The notes: generated from the sequence alone by a model not told the origin. Shown: positions 47,289-56,776, counted from the first letter of the stretch. The stretch: 64,000 bases of DNA from an uncultured Bacteroidales bacterium (GCA_944325495.1 CALVAD010000007.1:2738-66737); one strand, 5' to 3'. Numbers and translations are program-made.

Positions 47289-49751
47289 ATGTCAGCAGAC
47301 AAGATAAAGGTCCGTGGCGCCAGAGTCCACAATCTCAAGAATATAGATGTCGACGTGCCTCTCGGGAAGAAGGTCGCGGTCGCCGGAGTGTCGGGTTCGG
47401 GGAAGAGCTCGCTGGCGCTCGGGGTGCTGTATGCGGAAGGTTCGCGCCGCTACCTCGAATCGCTGTCGACCTATACCCGGCGGCGCATGACCACCGCTAC
47501 ACACGCGCAGGTCGACATTGTCGAACATGTGCCGGCGGCGATCGCGCTGCACCAGCGTCCCGGCGTGCCGAATATCCGCAGCACCTTCGGAACCGCTACG
47601 GAACTGCTCAACCATCTGCGGTTGATGTTCTCGCGTCTCGGATGCCATCTCTGCCCGAACGGGCACCGTCAGCAGCCTTCGATGGACACGGCCCGAATGA
47701 CCGAACTGCGCTGTCCGGAATGCGGCGCCGTGGTCGAGCTTCCGGGTGCCGAGTCGTTCGCGTTCAACAGCGACGGCGCCTGCCCTTATTGCGAGGGCAC
47801 CGGCGTGATGCGCGTGCCGGACGAGTCCACCTATGTCTCCGATCCTTCGCTGACCATCGAGCAGGGGGCTGTCGCTCCCTGGAACACGCTGATGTGGTCG
47901 CTGATGGTGGATGTTTGCCGCGCGATGGGCGTGCGCACCGACGTGCCCTTCCGCGAGCTGTCCCCGGAGGAGAAGGAGATAGTCTTTCACGGCCCGATGG
48001 TCAAGAAGCACATACTCTACCGCCCGAAGAACGGCGAGATGGCCACGGAGCTGGACTTCACCTACTACAGCGCCGAGAACACCGTGCTGAACGCCCTTTC
48101 GAAGGTCAAGGACGAGAAGGGGCTGGCCCGGGTCGAACGTTTCCTGAAGACGGACATCTGTCCGCACTGCCACGGCTCGCGCCTCAACGACAAGGCTCTC
48201 TCCACGCTGCTCTGCGGGAAGAATCTCGCCGAAGCTTCGGCGCTGACCCTTGACGAACTGATCGCCTGGGTGAACGCTGTCCCGCAGCAGCTTCCCGAGG
48301 AGATGCGCCCTATGGCGGAGGATATGGTGAAGGAGTTCAACGGAGTCGCAGCACGGCTCGTGGAGTTAGGCCTCGGCTATCTGAGCCTTGACCGTTCGGC
48401 CGCCACCCTGTCGACCGGCGAACGCCAGCGCGTGCAGTTCTCCAGAGCGGTGCGCAACAAGACCACGGGTATACTCTATGTGCTCGACGAGCCTTCGATA
48501 GGCATGCATCCCGCGAACCTCAAGGGTCTGCTCGGGGTCATGGACGACCTGGTCGCGGACGGCAACTCGGTGGTCATGGTGGACCATGACACGCAGGTGC
48601 TGCGGCATGCCGACTATATGATAGAGCTCGGACCGAAGGCGGGAAAAGAGGGCGGCAATCTGATAGCTGAAGGCAGCATCGCCGAAATCGAGGCCAATCC
48701 GGATTCGAAAATAGGCGCGTATCTGTCGGGGGAGAAGGAGATCCGCGTCAGGGAGCAGGCGGACGACATTTTCGGTCTTGGCCGCATCCGCCTTTCGACC
48801 AATGCGGTACATACTGTGCAGCCGCTCGAAGTCGACATCCCCAAGGGGCGCATGACGGTAGTCACCGGCGTCTCCGGCTCAGGCAAGACGACGATGGTGC
48901 TGGAATGTCTGCTTCCCGCGTTGCAGGCGAAGATAAACGGCGTGGCGCTGCCGGATTCGGTCAGGGCGGCGGAGGCGGACGGCATAAACCGCGCGAACCT
49001 CATAGACGCTACTCCGATAGGCGTCAATGTGCGCTCGACGGTCGCCACCTACGCCGATGTGCACGACTATCTGCGCAAGACTTTCGCCGCGAGCCCCGAG
49101 GCGAGGGCGCAGGGGCGCAAGGCCGGCGATTTCAGCTACAACACCGGAAGCCTGCGCTGCTCCGAATGCGACGGCACCGGGCAGATCTCGCTCGACATGC
49201 AGTTCCTGCCGGATGTGGAGATCGTATGCCCGGTCTGCCACGGCTCGCGTTATTCCAAAGAGGCCGGGAACATTCACCAGCACGGCTTCACCCTGCCGCA
49301 GATCATGGCCATGACGGTCGACGAGGCTGTGGCGCAGCTGGGAGCGTTCAAGGCTGCGCTGCCGAAACTCAGGACACTTCAGGATCTCGGTCTCGGCTAT
49401 CTTACTTTGGGCGAGGCGACGCCCGCGCTTTCCGGAGGAGAGGCCCAGCGGCTCAAGCTCGCCTCGGAGATAGGCCGCAGGCAGGACGACGCGGTGTTCG
49501 TGTTCGACGAGCCGACTATAGGTCTGCATCCAGATGACGTCAAGGTGCTGCTCGGCGTGTTCCAGCAGCTGCTCGACGTCGGAGCCACGGTCATAGTCAT
49601 CGAGCATGACCTCGACGTGGTCCGCAACGCCGACTACATAATCGACATGGGGCCGGGCGGAGGCTATGCCGGCGGCCGCATCGTCGCCTGCGGCACACCC
49701 GAAGAAATCTCCCGCTGCCCCGAGAGCCGGACGGGAGAGTTCCTGCGTTAG
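47289..49751 (+). CDS. UvrA-like ABC ATPase (short class II / DrrC-like)
   Basis: HNLKNID, two GVSGSGK Walker A, LSTGE and LSGGE signatures, zinc fingers; ~820 aa. Confidence 0.9.
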   Translation: MSADKIKVRGARVHNLKNIDVDVPLGKKVAVAGVSGSGKSSLALGVLYAEGSRRYLESLSTYTRRRMTTATHAQVDIVEHVPAAIALHQRPGVPNIRSTFGTATELLNHLRLMFSRLGCHLCPNGHRQQPSMDTARMTELRCPECGAVVELPGAESFAFNSDGACPYCEGTGVMRVPDESTYVSDPSLTIEQGAVAPWNTLMWSLMVDVCRAMGVRTDVPFRELSPEEKEIVFHGPMVKKHILYRPKNGEMATELDFTYYSAENTVLNALSKVKDEKGLARVERFLKTDICPHCHGSRLNDKALSTLLCGKNLAEASALTLDELIAWVNAVPQQLPEEMRPMAEDMVKEFNGVAARLVELGLGYLSLDRSAATLSTGERQRVQFSRAVRNKTTGILYVLDEPSIGMHPANLKGLLGVMDDLVADGNSVVMVDHDTQVLRHADYMIELGPKAGKEGGNLIAEGSIAEIEANPDSKIGAYLSGEKEIRVREQADDIFGLGRIRLSTNAVHTVQPLEVDIPKGRMTVVTGVSGSGKTTMVLECLLPALQAKINGVALPDSVRAAEADGINRANLIDATPIGVNVRSTVATYADVHDYLRKTFAASPEARAQGRKAGDFSYNTGSLRCSECDGTGQISLDMQFLPDVEIVCPVCHGSRYSKEAGNIHQHGFTLPQIMAMTVDEAVAQLGAFKAALPKLRTLQDLGLGYLTLGEATPALSGGEAQRLKLASEIGRRQDDAVFVFDEPTIGLHPDDVKVLLGVFQQLLDVGATVIVIEHDLDVVRNADYIIDMGPGGGYAGGRIVACGTPEEISRCPESRTGEFLR

Positions 49752-49843
49752 ACGAGTCGGGGCGGGGCTTCCGTTGCGGCGGATTTCCCGTTGCGGCGGA
49801 TTTGCAGTCCGCCCCGCCCTGCCGTGGCCTTGCGCCAGTCCGG

Positions 49844-50218
49844 CTACAGCGAGGCCATGATTTCCAGAGCCTGCTTGGCGGTCATAGCCGGCAGGCCGCA
49901 CATCGAGCATACCATTTTCCACAGAGCCATTTCGGTCTCGTTTATGTCCTGGTCGATGCACATGATTGACCCCAGATAGGCGGCGACATAGGTCTTCTGT
50001 TCGTCGTCCATCTTCGAGATGAGCGAGAGGGCGGTCGCCGCATCCATCTCGTCGGCCTTCTTGAAGATATTGTCGGCCATGCCCGGGTCCTCGACACCGA
50101 ATCTGCGGAGTTCGTTCACGATGACGGACAGTTCGGCCTTTTCGACCTTGTCGTCGGCCATGGCCATTGCCTTGGCTACATACATGATGGCTACAAATTC
50201 GTCTGCAGAGAAAGTCAT
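49844..50218 (-). CDS. TerB family (tellurite resistance-like) protein
   Basis: MAMADDKVEKAE and IMCIDQDINETE duplicated acidic motifs. Confidence 0.8.
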   Translation of the reverse strand: MTFSADEFVAIMYVAKAMAMADDKVEKAELSVIVNELRRFGVEDPGMADNIFKKADEMDAATALSLISKMDDEQKTYVAAYLGSIMCIDQDINETEMALWKMVCSMCGLPAMTAKQALEIMASL

Positions 50219-50387
50219 ATACTGATCCTCCTTTCCCCATCCAGCTCCGGAATGGAATTTAATGTTGACCGTGAAAGCGTGGAGCTGCACCGTGCGTAAG
50301 TGAACGGGAGACGCTTTCATTCTATATGCCGCTGCTCCGGCAACAGTCTAAAGATATGGATTATATCTCATTCCCGCAAAAGGAAAG

Positions 50388-50620
50388 CGGCTTCTTCCGC
50401 CGAGTTTCTTCCGCTGGCTTCTTCCGTCAGCTTTTCCTCGCACTTCCTTCCGTCGACCTGGGAGCAATACATTCTGCAAAAACGCCCCTGCGGGCCCGTG
50501 GAAAGCCGCTTTTCTGAAACCTAATGCTCCCAAGTCGCCTCGAAAACACCGACTTAGGAGAGCGCGCTAATTGCAAGTGGCTTATAATTAAGTGTTAGCG
50601 CGAGATGTTTGCTCCCAGGT
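50388..50620. repeat. Short tandem repeats plus alternating inverted GACYTGGGAGCA-like repeats
   Basis: ~13-bp CTTCTTCCG tandems 50388-50452; GACCTGGGAGCA 50455, TGCTCCCAAGTC 50525, GACTTAGGAG 50551, TTGCTCCCAGGT 50609. Confidence 0.65.
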
Positions 50621-50777
50621 AATTTCATCTGCCGCAACATGATGTCTCCGCGCATTCGGTTGGCTGGCGGTATGGCTGATGACGCCGTCTGGAGAACCCT
50701 TGCCCGTGATTCCGATGAATTGCAAATCTGCAGCAACGGCCAATGCGGATGCTGCATTCCAGGTAATTTCCAGATAC

Positions 50778-50808
50778 AAGAAAAGCAGTCGCCCGTAGGC
50801 AACTGCTT
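50778..50808 (-). terminator. Intrinsic terminator after tRNA-Arg
   Basis: AAGCAGT.GCC / GGC.ACTGCTT hairpin with U-tract on minus. Confidence 0.7.
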
Positions 50809-50819
50809 GACATTCAGAG

Positions 50820-50893
50820 TGATTCCGGCGCGATTCGAACGCGCGACCCACAGCTTAGAAGGCTGTTGCTCTATCCAGCTGAGCTACGGAACC
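50820..50893 (-). tRNA. tRNA-Arg (anticodon TCT), CCA not encoded
   Basis: GGTTCCG/CGGAATC acceptor, D-arm GCTC/GAGC, ACAGC-CTTCTAA-GCTGT anticodon arm, GTTCGAATC T-loop; TATCTTTG box at 50919-50926. Confidence 0.97.
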
Positions 50894-51023
50894 GATACCT
50901 CTCTTCGAAAAGAGACTGCAAAGATAAGCAAAATAGTTTACAAGCCGCATCCTTCGGACGAAGAAGTTGTTTGGAAATTTATGCCGGCAAAATTCAAAAC
51001 AGCTTCCAAAACTTTTTCGGGGC

Positions 51024-51112
51024 GGAGTCAACGGACAAGTGCAACACGAGATAACATTACAACAAAGGGGAGTCAGCGGGCAAATGCAACCCGGAATAAA
51101 GCGACAACAGCC
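51024..51112. repeat. Degenerate 45-bp tandem duplication
   Basis: GGAGTCA.CGG.CAA.TGCAAC.CG..ATAA....ACAACA at 51024 and 51069 (31/41 identical by hand count). Confidence 0.65.
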
Positions 51113-51151
51113 TTTTCGCAAAACCGGGGTGCTGCATCCGGAAAATCGGCG

Positions 51152-51265
51152 GCGGGACGCACTCAGGAGAGGCTTGCCGCCCGCGGCAATGAGCGTGTGC
51201 TGCTGCCGAGCGTAGCGAGGAAGCATCAATGGAGCGTAGCGGAACTTCTCCTGAGTGCGTCCCGC
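51152..51265. repeat. Structured intergenic element, copy C (opposite orientation to A/B)
   Basis: 19-bp perfect outer stem; core GGCTTGCCGCCCGCGGCAATGAGCG...ATGGAGCGTAGCGGAAC. Confidence 0.9.
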
Positions 51266-51285
51266 AGCCGGATGACGCCGAAGCC

Positions 51286-52323
51286 CTATGCCAGCTCTAT
51301 TCCGGCTTCCGCGCACCGTCGGCGCATCTCCTCGGGCCAGATGCCGCTTTGGATTTCGCCTATGTGCGCCTTGCGCAGCAGGAACATGCAGAGCCGCGAC
51401 TGCCCTATGCCTCCGCCTATCGTGCAGGGGAGTCCGCCCGACAGAAGCATGCGGTGGAACATCAGCCCCTCCTTGCGCTGTTCGCCTCTTTCGGCCAGCT
51501 GCAGCCGCAGAGCCGCCTCGTCGACGCGTATGCCCATGCTCGAGAGTTCGAACGCGCATTCCAGCACGGGGTTCCAGACGAGCAGGTCGCCATTGAGCCC
51601 GGGCAGCCCGTCTTCTCCCGGGGTGCTCCAGTCGTCGTAGTCGGAGGCGCGGCCGTCATGCGGCATGCCGTCGGAGAGCCTTGCGCCAATTCCGATTATG
51701 AACACGGCGCCGTATTCCCTGACGATGCGTGCCTCCCTTTCCTTCGGCGGCAGTCCGGGATACAGCCGGAGCAGCTCCTCCGCATGGATGAAACGGATTT
51801 CCTCGGGCAGGACAGGCTTTATCTGCGGAAATTCCACGAAAATGCGGTTTTCAGTGACCTTTATCGCCTCGTAGATGCGGCGCACGGTGCGTTTCAGGAA
51901 AGCGACGTTCCTGTCCTCGCGGCGAATCACCTTCTCCCAGTCCCACTGGTCCACATAGATCGAATGTATGTTGTCGAGCTCCTCGTCGGGGCGCAGCGCG
52001 TTCATGTCGGTGTATATCCCGCGTCCGGGCGACACTCCCATCTCGGCGAGCTTCAGCCGCTTCCACTTGGCCAGCGAATGCACGACTTCCGCCCTGCGTT
52101 CGTCCATGTCCCTTATCGGGAAGCTCACGGGCCGCTCGACCCCGTTGAGCTCGTCGTTTAGGCCCGTGCCGGAGAGCACCACCATAGGGGCGGTCACGCG
52201 AAGCAGGGCGAGCTGCGCCGACAGGTTCTGCTGGAACATGTCCTTGACGCTCTTGATGGCCTTTTCCGTATTCTCGACGTTGCCGAGCAGGTTGCGGTAG
52301 CCTTCGGGGATGATCAGTCGCAT
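51286..52323 (-). CDS. asnA: Aspartate--ammonia ligase
   Basis: EVVHSLAKWKR, HSIYVDQWDWE, HDGRASDYDDW, TIGGGIGQSR. Confidence 0.97.
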   Translation of the reverse strand: MRLIIPEGYRNLLGNVENTEKAIKSVKDMFQQNLSAQLALLRVTAPMVVLSGTGLNDELNGVERPVSFPIRDMDERRAEVVHSLAKWKRLKLAEMGVSPGRGIYTDMNALRPDEELDNIHSIYVDQWDWEKVIRREDRNVAFLKRTVRRIYEAIKVTENRIFVEFPQIKPVLPEEIRFIHAEELLRLYPGLPPKEREARIVREYGAVFIIGIGARLSDGMPHDGRASDYDDWSTPGEDGLPGLNGDLLVWNPVLECAFELSSMGIRVDEAALRLQLAERGEQRKEGLMFHRMLLSGGLPCTIGGGIGQSRLCMFLLRKAHIGEIQSGIWPEEMRRRCAEAGIELA

Positions 52324-52324
52324 A

Positions 52325-53305
52325 TCATTTCTTCCTTCTGACGGTCAGGCAGGCGTAGGACAGGGCCCCGACCAGTAAAATTATTATCGCATGCAGTTCG
52401 TGGTTCAGCGTGGCCGCGAGTATGCCGGTCTCCCAGCTGGCTCCGTAGAGCGACTGTAGCGCGAGCGCGACAAGGTAATGATACGCGCCTATGCCGCCCG
52501 GCACCGGAATCACCGAGGCGATGTTGCCCACGGACGAGATGAACAGGGCGTCCAGCAGCGTCAGATGCGAGAGCGCCGGTACTGCCCGGAACACGAAATA
52601 GCACATCAGCATGTACATGCACCAGATTCCTGCGGTGTACAGCGCGAACGCCCACGGCCTGCGCATTCTGGTGACCGAGGCGAGCCCCGACCACATGTTG
52701 CGCAATGCCCCGGCGGCATTACCGCAGAAGCGGCTGCGTTCTCTGAACCTGAACACCAGCAGCAGGCATGTCGCTGCCATCACCGCCAGCGCGCCGATTA
52801 TCCACCAGAGCGACAGACTCATGCGTGAGCCCAGCGGCTGCCAGATGTTGTCGACGAAGAAGCTGCCGAAAGTGTTCCAGTTGAGCGCGAGGGCGGCCAC
52901 GAACAGCAGTCCGACGGCTATCACGTCCCATGCGCGCTCGCTGACAATGGTGCCGAAGGCCTTGTCGTAGCTGAAGCGCTTCGAGGAGATGTAGCCGCAG
53001 CGCACGAATTCGCCGGCTCCGGGAAGCACCACGTTGACTACATTGCCCACGTTCGCCGAATCCCACGCGTCGATGCGCCTGACCTCCGGATTCAGCGGAA
53101 GCATCATCGCCCTCCAGCGCTCCTCCCTGAACACGAGCGCCAGCAATGCCGCGAGGAGATACAGCAGGGCGTAGCCCCAGCGGGTCTCCCCGAGTCCTTC
53201 GGCGAAGGCTCTCCAGTCGATGCCGCGGAGCGCGAAATATATCAGCGCTCCCGCAAGCACGAGGGACAGCAGATACTTCAATATGCCGGCAGCTTTACGA
53301 TTCAT
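52325..53305 (-). CDS. Lysylphosphatidylglycerol synthase TM / UPF0104 flippase-like protein
   Basis: R..RW, P.AGEFVRC, GTIVSERAWD, PVPGGIGAYH. Confidence 0.88.
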   Translation of the reverse strand: MNRKAAGILKYLLSLVLAGALIYFALRGIDWRAFAEGLGETRWGYALLYLLAALLALVFREERWRAMMLPLNPEVRRIDAWDSANVGNVVNVVLPGAGEFVRCGYISSKRFSYDKAFGTIVSERAWDVIAVGLLFVAALALNWNTFGSFFVDNIWQPLGSRMSLSLWWIIGALAVMAATCLLLVFRFRERSRFCGNAAGALRNMWSGLASVTRMRRPWAFALYTAGIWCMYMLMCYFVFRAVPALSHLTLLDALFISSVGNIASVIPVPGGIGAYHYLVALALQSLYGASWETGILAATLNHELHAIIILLVGALSYACLTVRRKK

Positions 53306-53372
53306 TTCCAAAGGCGGCAAACGCCGCGGACAGAGCGCGAATTTACGATAATTATATTAATTTTGCATCCTT

Positions 53373-54374
53373 ATGAAATCTATACTTGGCATAGGCAACG
53401 CGCTTACCGACATTCTGGCCGTCCTCCCGGACGACAGTCTCCTGAACACCTTCCATCTTCCCAAGGGGAGCATGCAGCATGTCGACATGGAGACGGGCGA
53501 CGGCATCTGGGCCGCGCTCAAGCCTCTCGGCGTGAAATATGTGGCCGGCGGATCGGCCGCCAACACCATCACCTGCACTGCCATACTCGGCATGCCCTCC
53601 GGATTCATAGGCAAGATAGGCGACGACGAGCTGGGGGAACTCTTCAAGAGCGACCAGGAGCAGTACGGCGTGAAGACCACGCTGCTCAAGAGCCCCCATT
53701 CCAGCGGACGCTCGATGGTCTTCGTGAGCGGAGGCAACGCCGAACGCACCTTCGCCGTGTATCTCGGAGCGGCGCTCGACCTCGTGCCCGAGGACCTGAA
53801 GCCCGAATGGTTCGAAGGCTACGACTACTTCCATATAGAAGGCTATCTCGTGCAGAACCAGGGGCTCGTGCGCCGCGCGGTGGAATATGCCCGCAGGGCC
53901 GGGTGCATCATCTCGATCGACATGGCGTCCTACAATGTGGTCGAGTCCAACCAGGCCTTCCTCCACGACATAGTCGGGAAGTATGTCGACATAGTGTTCG
54001 CCAACGAGACCGAGTCCAAGTCGTTCACCAAGCTCGACGACCCCAGGGCCGCCCTGGACGAGATAGCTAAGATGTGCGGAATAGCCGTGGTCAAGGTCGG
54101 CAAGGACGGAAGCATGATCAAGTCCGGCGACGAGTATCATTTCATAGAGGCCTGGCCCGCCGACACCATCGACGCGACCGGAGCCGGCGACACATACGCG
54201 GCCGGTTTCCTGTATGCCCACTCTCTCGGACTGCCACTCAAGGTATGCGGCGAGGCGGGTTCCATAATCGCGGCCAAGGTGGTCGAGGTCATAGGCACCA
54301 AGATAGACATCCCCCGCTGGAAGATAGCCAAGCGGGAGCTCCGCGAACTCATAGCCTCCGCGGAGCAGAAATGA
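53373..54374 (+). CDS. PfkB family kinase (adenosine kinase-like)
   Basis: GIGNALTD, GGSAANT, FANETE, DATGAGD. Confidence 0.92.
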   Translation: MKSILGIGNALTDILAVLPDDSLLNTFHLPKGSMQHVDMETGDGIWAALKPLGVKYVAGGSAANTITCTAILGMPSGFIGKIGDDELGELFKSDQEQYGVKTTLLKSPHSSGRSMVFVSGGNAERTFAVYLGAALDLVPEDLKPEWFEGYDYFHIEGYLVQNQGLVRRAVEYARRAGCIISIDMASYNVVESNQAFLHDIVGKYVDIVFANETESKSFTKLDDPRAALDEIAKMCGIAVVKVGKDGSMIKSGDEYHFIEAWPADTIDATGAGDTYAAGFLYAHSLGLPLKVCGEAGSIIAAKVVEVIGTKIDIPRWKIAKRELRELIASAEQK

Positions 54375-54853
54375 TCAATCCTCTGAAATACCTGCTGCGC
54401 CTCTTCGCCCTGGAAAGACACAGCAGCGGAGAGCGGCAGTGCATAATTCCGCTGGAGGAGGTCAGGGCGGCGGCGGTCTTCATAGATGCCGCGCAGCCCG
54501 GGGCCGACGCGGCGGAAGTCTCCGTGCGGGACTTCTTCGACTCCAGGAACGTGGAGCTGACGGTGCTGAAGCCGTCGGGCCCGCAGCTCAACTATGCCGG
54601 CTATATGAAGCGGAAATTCAGAATGCCGGGCGGGACCGCCAGACATGAGGACCTTTTCATCTCCCTTTCCGACAATCCCGGGGACTTCGCGGCGGAATTC
54701 GAATCCAGATGCAGCCCCGCGAGGTTCAAGGTCGGACGCGTCCAGCTGTCCGGAGAAATCTTCGACATGGTAGTCTCGCCCCGCGGCGACGAGCGTGCCG
54801 GCCAGGACGCCGTCTTCGGGGCGATTTCCGAATACTTATTGAAAATCAAATGA
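54371..54853 (+). CDS. Hypothetical protein
   Basis: ATGA overlaps with both neighbours; DLFISL...FKVG...FDM..YLLKI pattern; host-like codon bias. Confidence 0.75.
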   Translation: MINPLKYLLRLFALERHSSGERQCIIPLEEVRAAAVFIDAAQPGADAAEVSVRDFFDSRNVELTVLKPSGPQLNYAGYMKRKFRMPGGTARHEDLFISLSDNPGDFAAEFESRCSPARFKVGRVQLSGEIFDMVVSPRGDERAGQDAVFGAISEYLLKIK

Positions 54854-55776
54854 AAACATCTCTCAAGAAATACCTTCTTGTCGGCCTCAAGGGCATCGGC
54901 ATGGGGGCCGCGGATGTGATTCCCGGCGTTTCCGGAGGTACCATCGCATTCATGACAGGCATCTACGAGGAACTCGTGGGCTCGATCAACAACATCAACG
55001 GCACGGCGGTGAAGCTTCTTTTCAAGGGCAGGTTCCGCGACTTCTGGAAGCACATAAACGGAACTTTCCTGGTTTCGCTGATCGCCGGCATCCTGATCAG
55101 CATCATGTCGCTCGCGAAGCTGATGAGCTACCTGCTGACATACGAGCCGATTCCCACCTGGGCCTTCTTCTTCGGTCTGATAGTCGCTTCCTCCGTGTTC
55201 ATCCTCAGGGACATCAAGGGCTGGAAGTTCAGGGACGTGGTGATGCTGGTGCTGGGAATAATCCTCGGCGTGGTGGTCTGCACCCTGTCGCCGACCGAAA
55301 CCCCCGACGCTCTATGGTTCATCTTCCTTTCAGGAGCGATTGCGATATGCGCCATGATTCTGCCCGGCATCAGCGGCAGCTTCATCCTGCTGATTCTCGG
55401 CAAGTATAAATTCATGCTGGACACGCTGAACCGGATACTTTCGGGTGACGGGGTGCTGCTTGACTATGCGGTGGTGGTGATTTTCATTCTCGGCGCCCTT
55501 GTCGGCATCCTCGCCTTCTCGAAGTTCCTGCACTGGCTGCTGGCCCGGTACCACAGGTCCACGCTGCTCGTGCTCGCTGGCTTCATCATCGGTTCGCTGG
55601 TGAAAGTCTGGCCCTGGAGCGACATGGCCGTAGTGCGTGAGGCGCAGTTGCTGCGCACTGGCGTCCCCGTGATCGAGGTGGACCTGCAGATTCCGGCCGC
55701 GGTGATCTTCTGCGTGGTCGGCGCCGCCCTGGTCACCGTCCTTGAAATAGCCGCCCATCGCAAGGAGCAGAAGTAG
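54850..55776 (+). CDS. DUF368 family membrane protein
   Basis: MGAADVIPGVSGGTIA and AMILPGISGSFILL motifs. Confidence 0.93.
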   Translation: MKTSLKKYLLVGLKGIGMGAADVIPGVSGGTIAFMTGIYEELVGSINNINGTAVKLLFKGRFRDFWKHINGTFLVSLIAGILISIMSLAKLMSYLLTYEPIPTWAFFFGLIVASSVFILRDIKGWKFRDVVMLVLGIILGVVVCTLSPTETPDALWFIFLSGAIAICAMILPGISGSFILLILGKYKFMLDTLNRILSGDGVLLDYAVVVIFILGALVGILAFSKFLHWLLARYHRSTLLVLAGFIIGSLVKVWPWSDMAVVREAQLLRTGVPVIEVDLQIPAAVIFCVVGAALVTVLEIAAHRKEQK

Positions 55777-55791
55777 GACCGGTTTTCTGCA

Positions 55792-55860
55792 GAGGAGACG
55801 CTGCGGACGATGGAGGCTTTTCCCCAATTTTCTTGCCTCCATCGCCCGCGGCGTCTCCTC
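55792..55860. repeat. 26-bp near-perfect hairpin next to element copy D
   Basis: GAGGAGACGCTGCGGACGATGGAGGC / GCCTCCATCGCCCGCGGCGTCTCCTC, 24/26 Watson-Crick, pyrimidine-rich 17-nt loop. Confidence 0.8.
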
Positions 55861-55888
55861 GTCGGTATCCTGACATCTGTTTCATGCA

Positions 55889-56008
55889 GCGGCGGCAGTG
55901 CGGTCGGAGAGGCTGGCCGCCCGCGGCTGTGAGCGGGTGGTGCTGCGAAGCGTAGCGGAGAAGCACCAATGGAGCGCAGCGGAACCTCGAAGACCGCACT
56001 GCCGCCGC
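55889..56008. repeat. Structured intergenic element, copy D
   Basis: 17-bp perfect outer stem, GGA/GAA internal loop, 4-bp stem; core AGGCTGGCCGCCCGCGGCTGTGAGCG...ATGGAGCGCAGCGGAACCT. Confidence 0.9.
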
Positions 56009-56026
56009 CGCTGCACGGACAGCTGC

Positions 56027-56776
56027 CTATTCCAGCACCAGCTCCACCGGGCAGTGGTCGGAGCCGAACACCTCGTTGTGGATTTCAGTCGAGACTATGC
56101 GCCCTCGCAGGCTGTCGCTTACGAGAAAGTAGTCGATTCTCCACCCCACATTCCTTTCGCGGGCGCGCATCCTGTATGACCACCACGAATACTTTGCCTC
56201 GTCAGGATGCTGGGAGCGCCAGCTGTCGCAGAAGCCGGAGGCCAGAAGCTCCGTCATCTTGCCGCGCTCCTCGTCGGTGAAACCGGCGTTGAAATGGTTC
56301 GTGGCCGGATTCTTGAGATCGATCTCCTCGTGCGCCACGTTCATGTCGCCGCAGACCACCACGCCTTTCTTCGCCGCAAGTCCGCCGAGATAGCCGCGGA
56401 ATGCATCCTCCCACCGCATACGGTAGTCGAGCCGCCTGAGCCCGTCCTGTGAGTTCGGGGTGTACACATTGACCAGATAGAGGTCCGGCAGCTCCAGCGT
56501 GATCACGCGGCCTTCGCGGTCATGTTCGTCGGCGCCGAGACCGTAGCTTGCGCCGAGCACCGGCACGCGGCTGTATATGCAGGTCCCCGAATATCCTTTC
56601 TTGTCGGCGTAGTTCCACCACGACTCGTAGCCCTCGAACTCGAGGTCGATCTGCCCCTGCTGCAGCTTGGTCTCCTGCAGGCAGAAGAAGTCGGCGTCAA
56701 GAGCCTTGAAAGCCTCCGCGAATCCCTTCCCGGCGACCGCTCTGAGACCGTTTACGTTCCAGCTGATGAATTTCAT
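56027..56776 (-). CDS. xth: Exodeoxyribonuclease III / AP endonuclease
   Basis: SWNVNGLRA, LQETK, GDMNVAH, GWRIDY, SDHCP. Confidence 0.97.
   Translation of the reverse strand: MKFISWNVNGLRAVAGKGFAEAFKALDADFFCLQETKLQQGQIDLEFEGYESWWNYADKKGYSGTCIYSRVPVLGASYGLGADEHDREGRVITLELPDLYLVNVYTPNSQDGLRRLDYRMRWEDAFRGYLGGLAAKKGVVVCGDMNVAHEEIDLKNPATNHFNAGFTDEERGKMTELLASGFCDSWRSQHPDEAKYSWWSYRMRARERNVGWRIDYFLVSDSLRGRIVSTEIHNEVFGSDHCPVELVLE

Noticed and set aside
49760-49820. CCGTTGCGGCGGATTT duplicated inside a GC-rich hairpin between uvrA-like and terB-like genes
   Set aside because: Two short copies only; most simply a slippage duplication in a terminator-like region.
50820-50893. Integrated island at tRNA-Arg
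   Set aside because: No integrase and no duplicated tRNA 3' end seen in the window.
50588-51640. ORFs of 87, 343 and 234 aa spanning the tRNA
   Set aside because: They overlap tRNA-Arg, repeats and asnA; no protein-like features.
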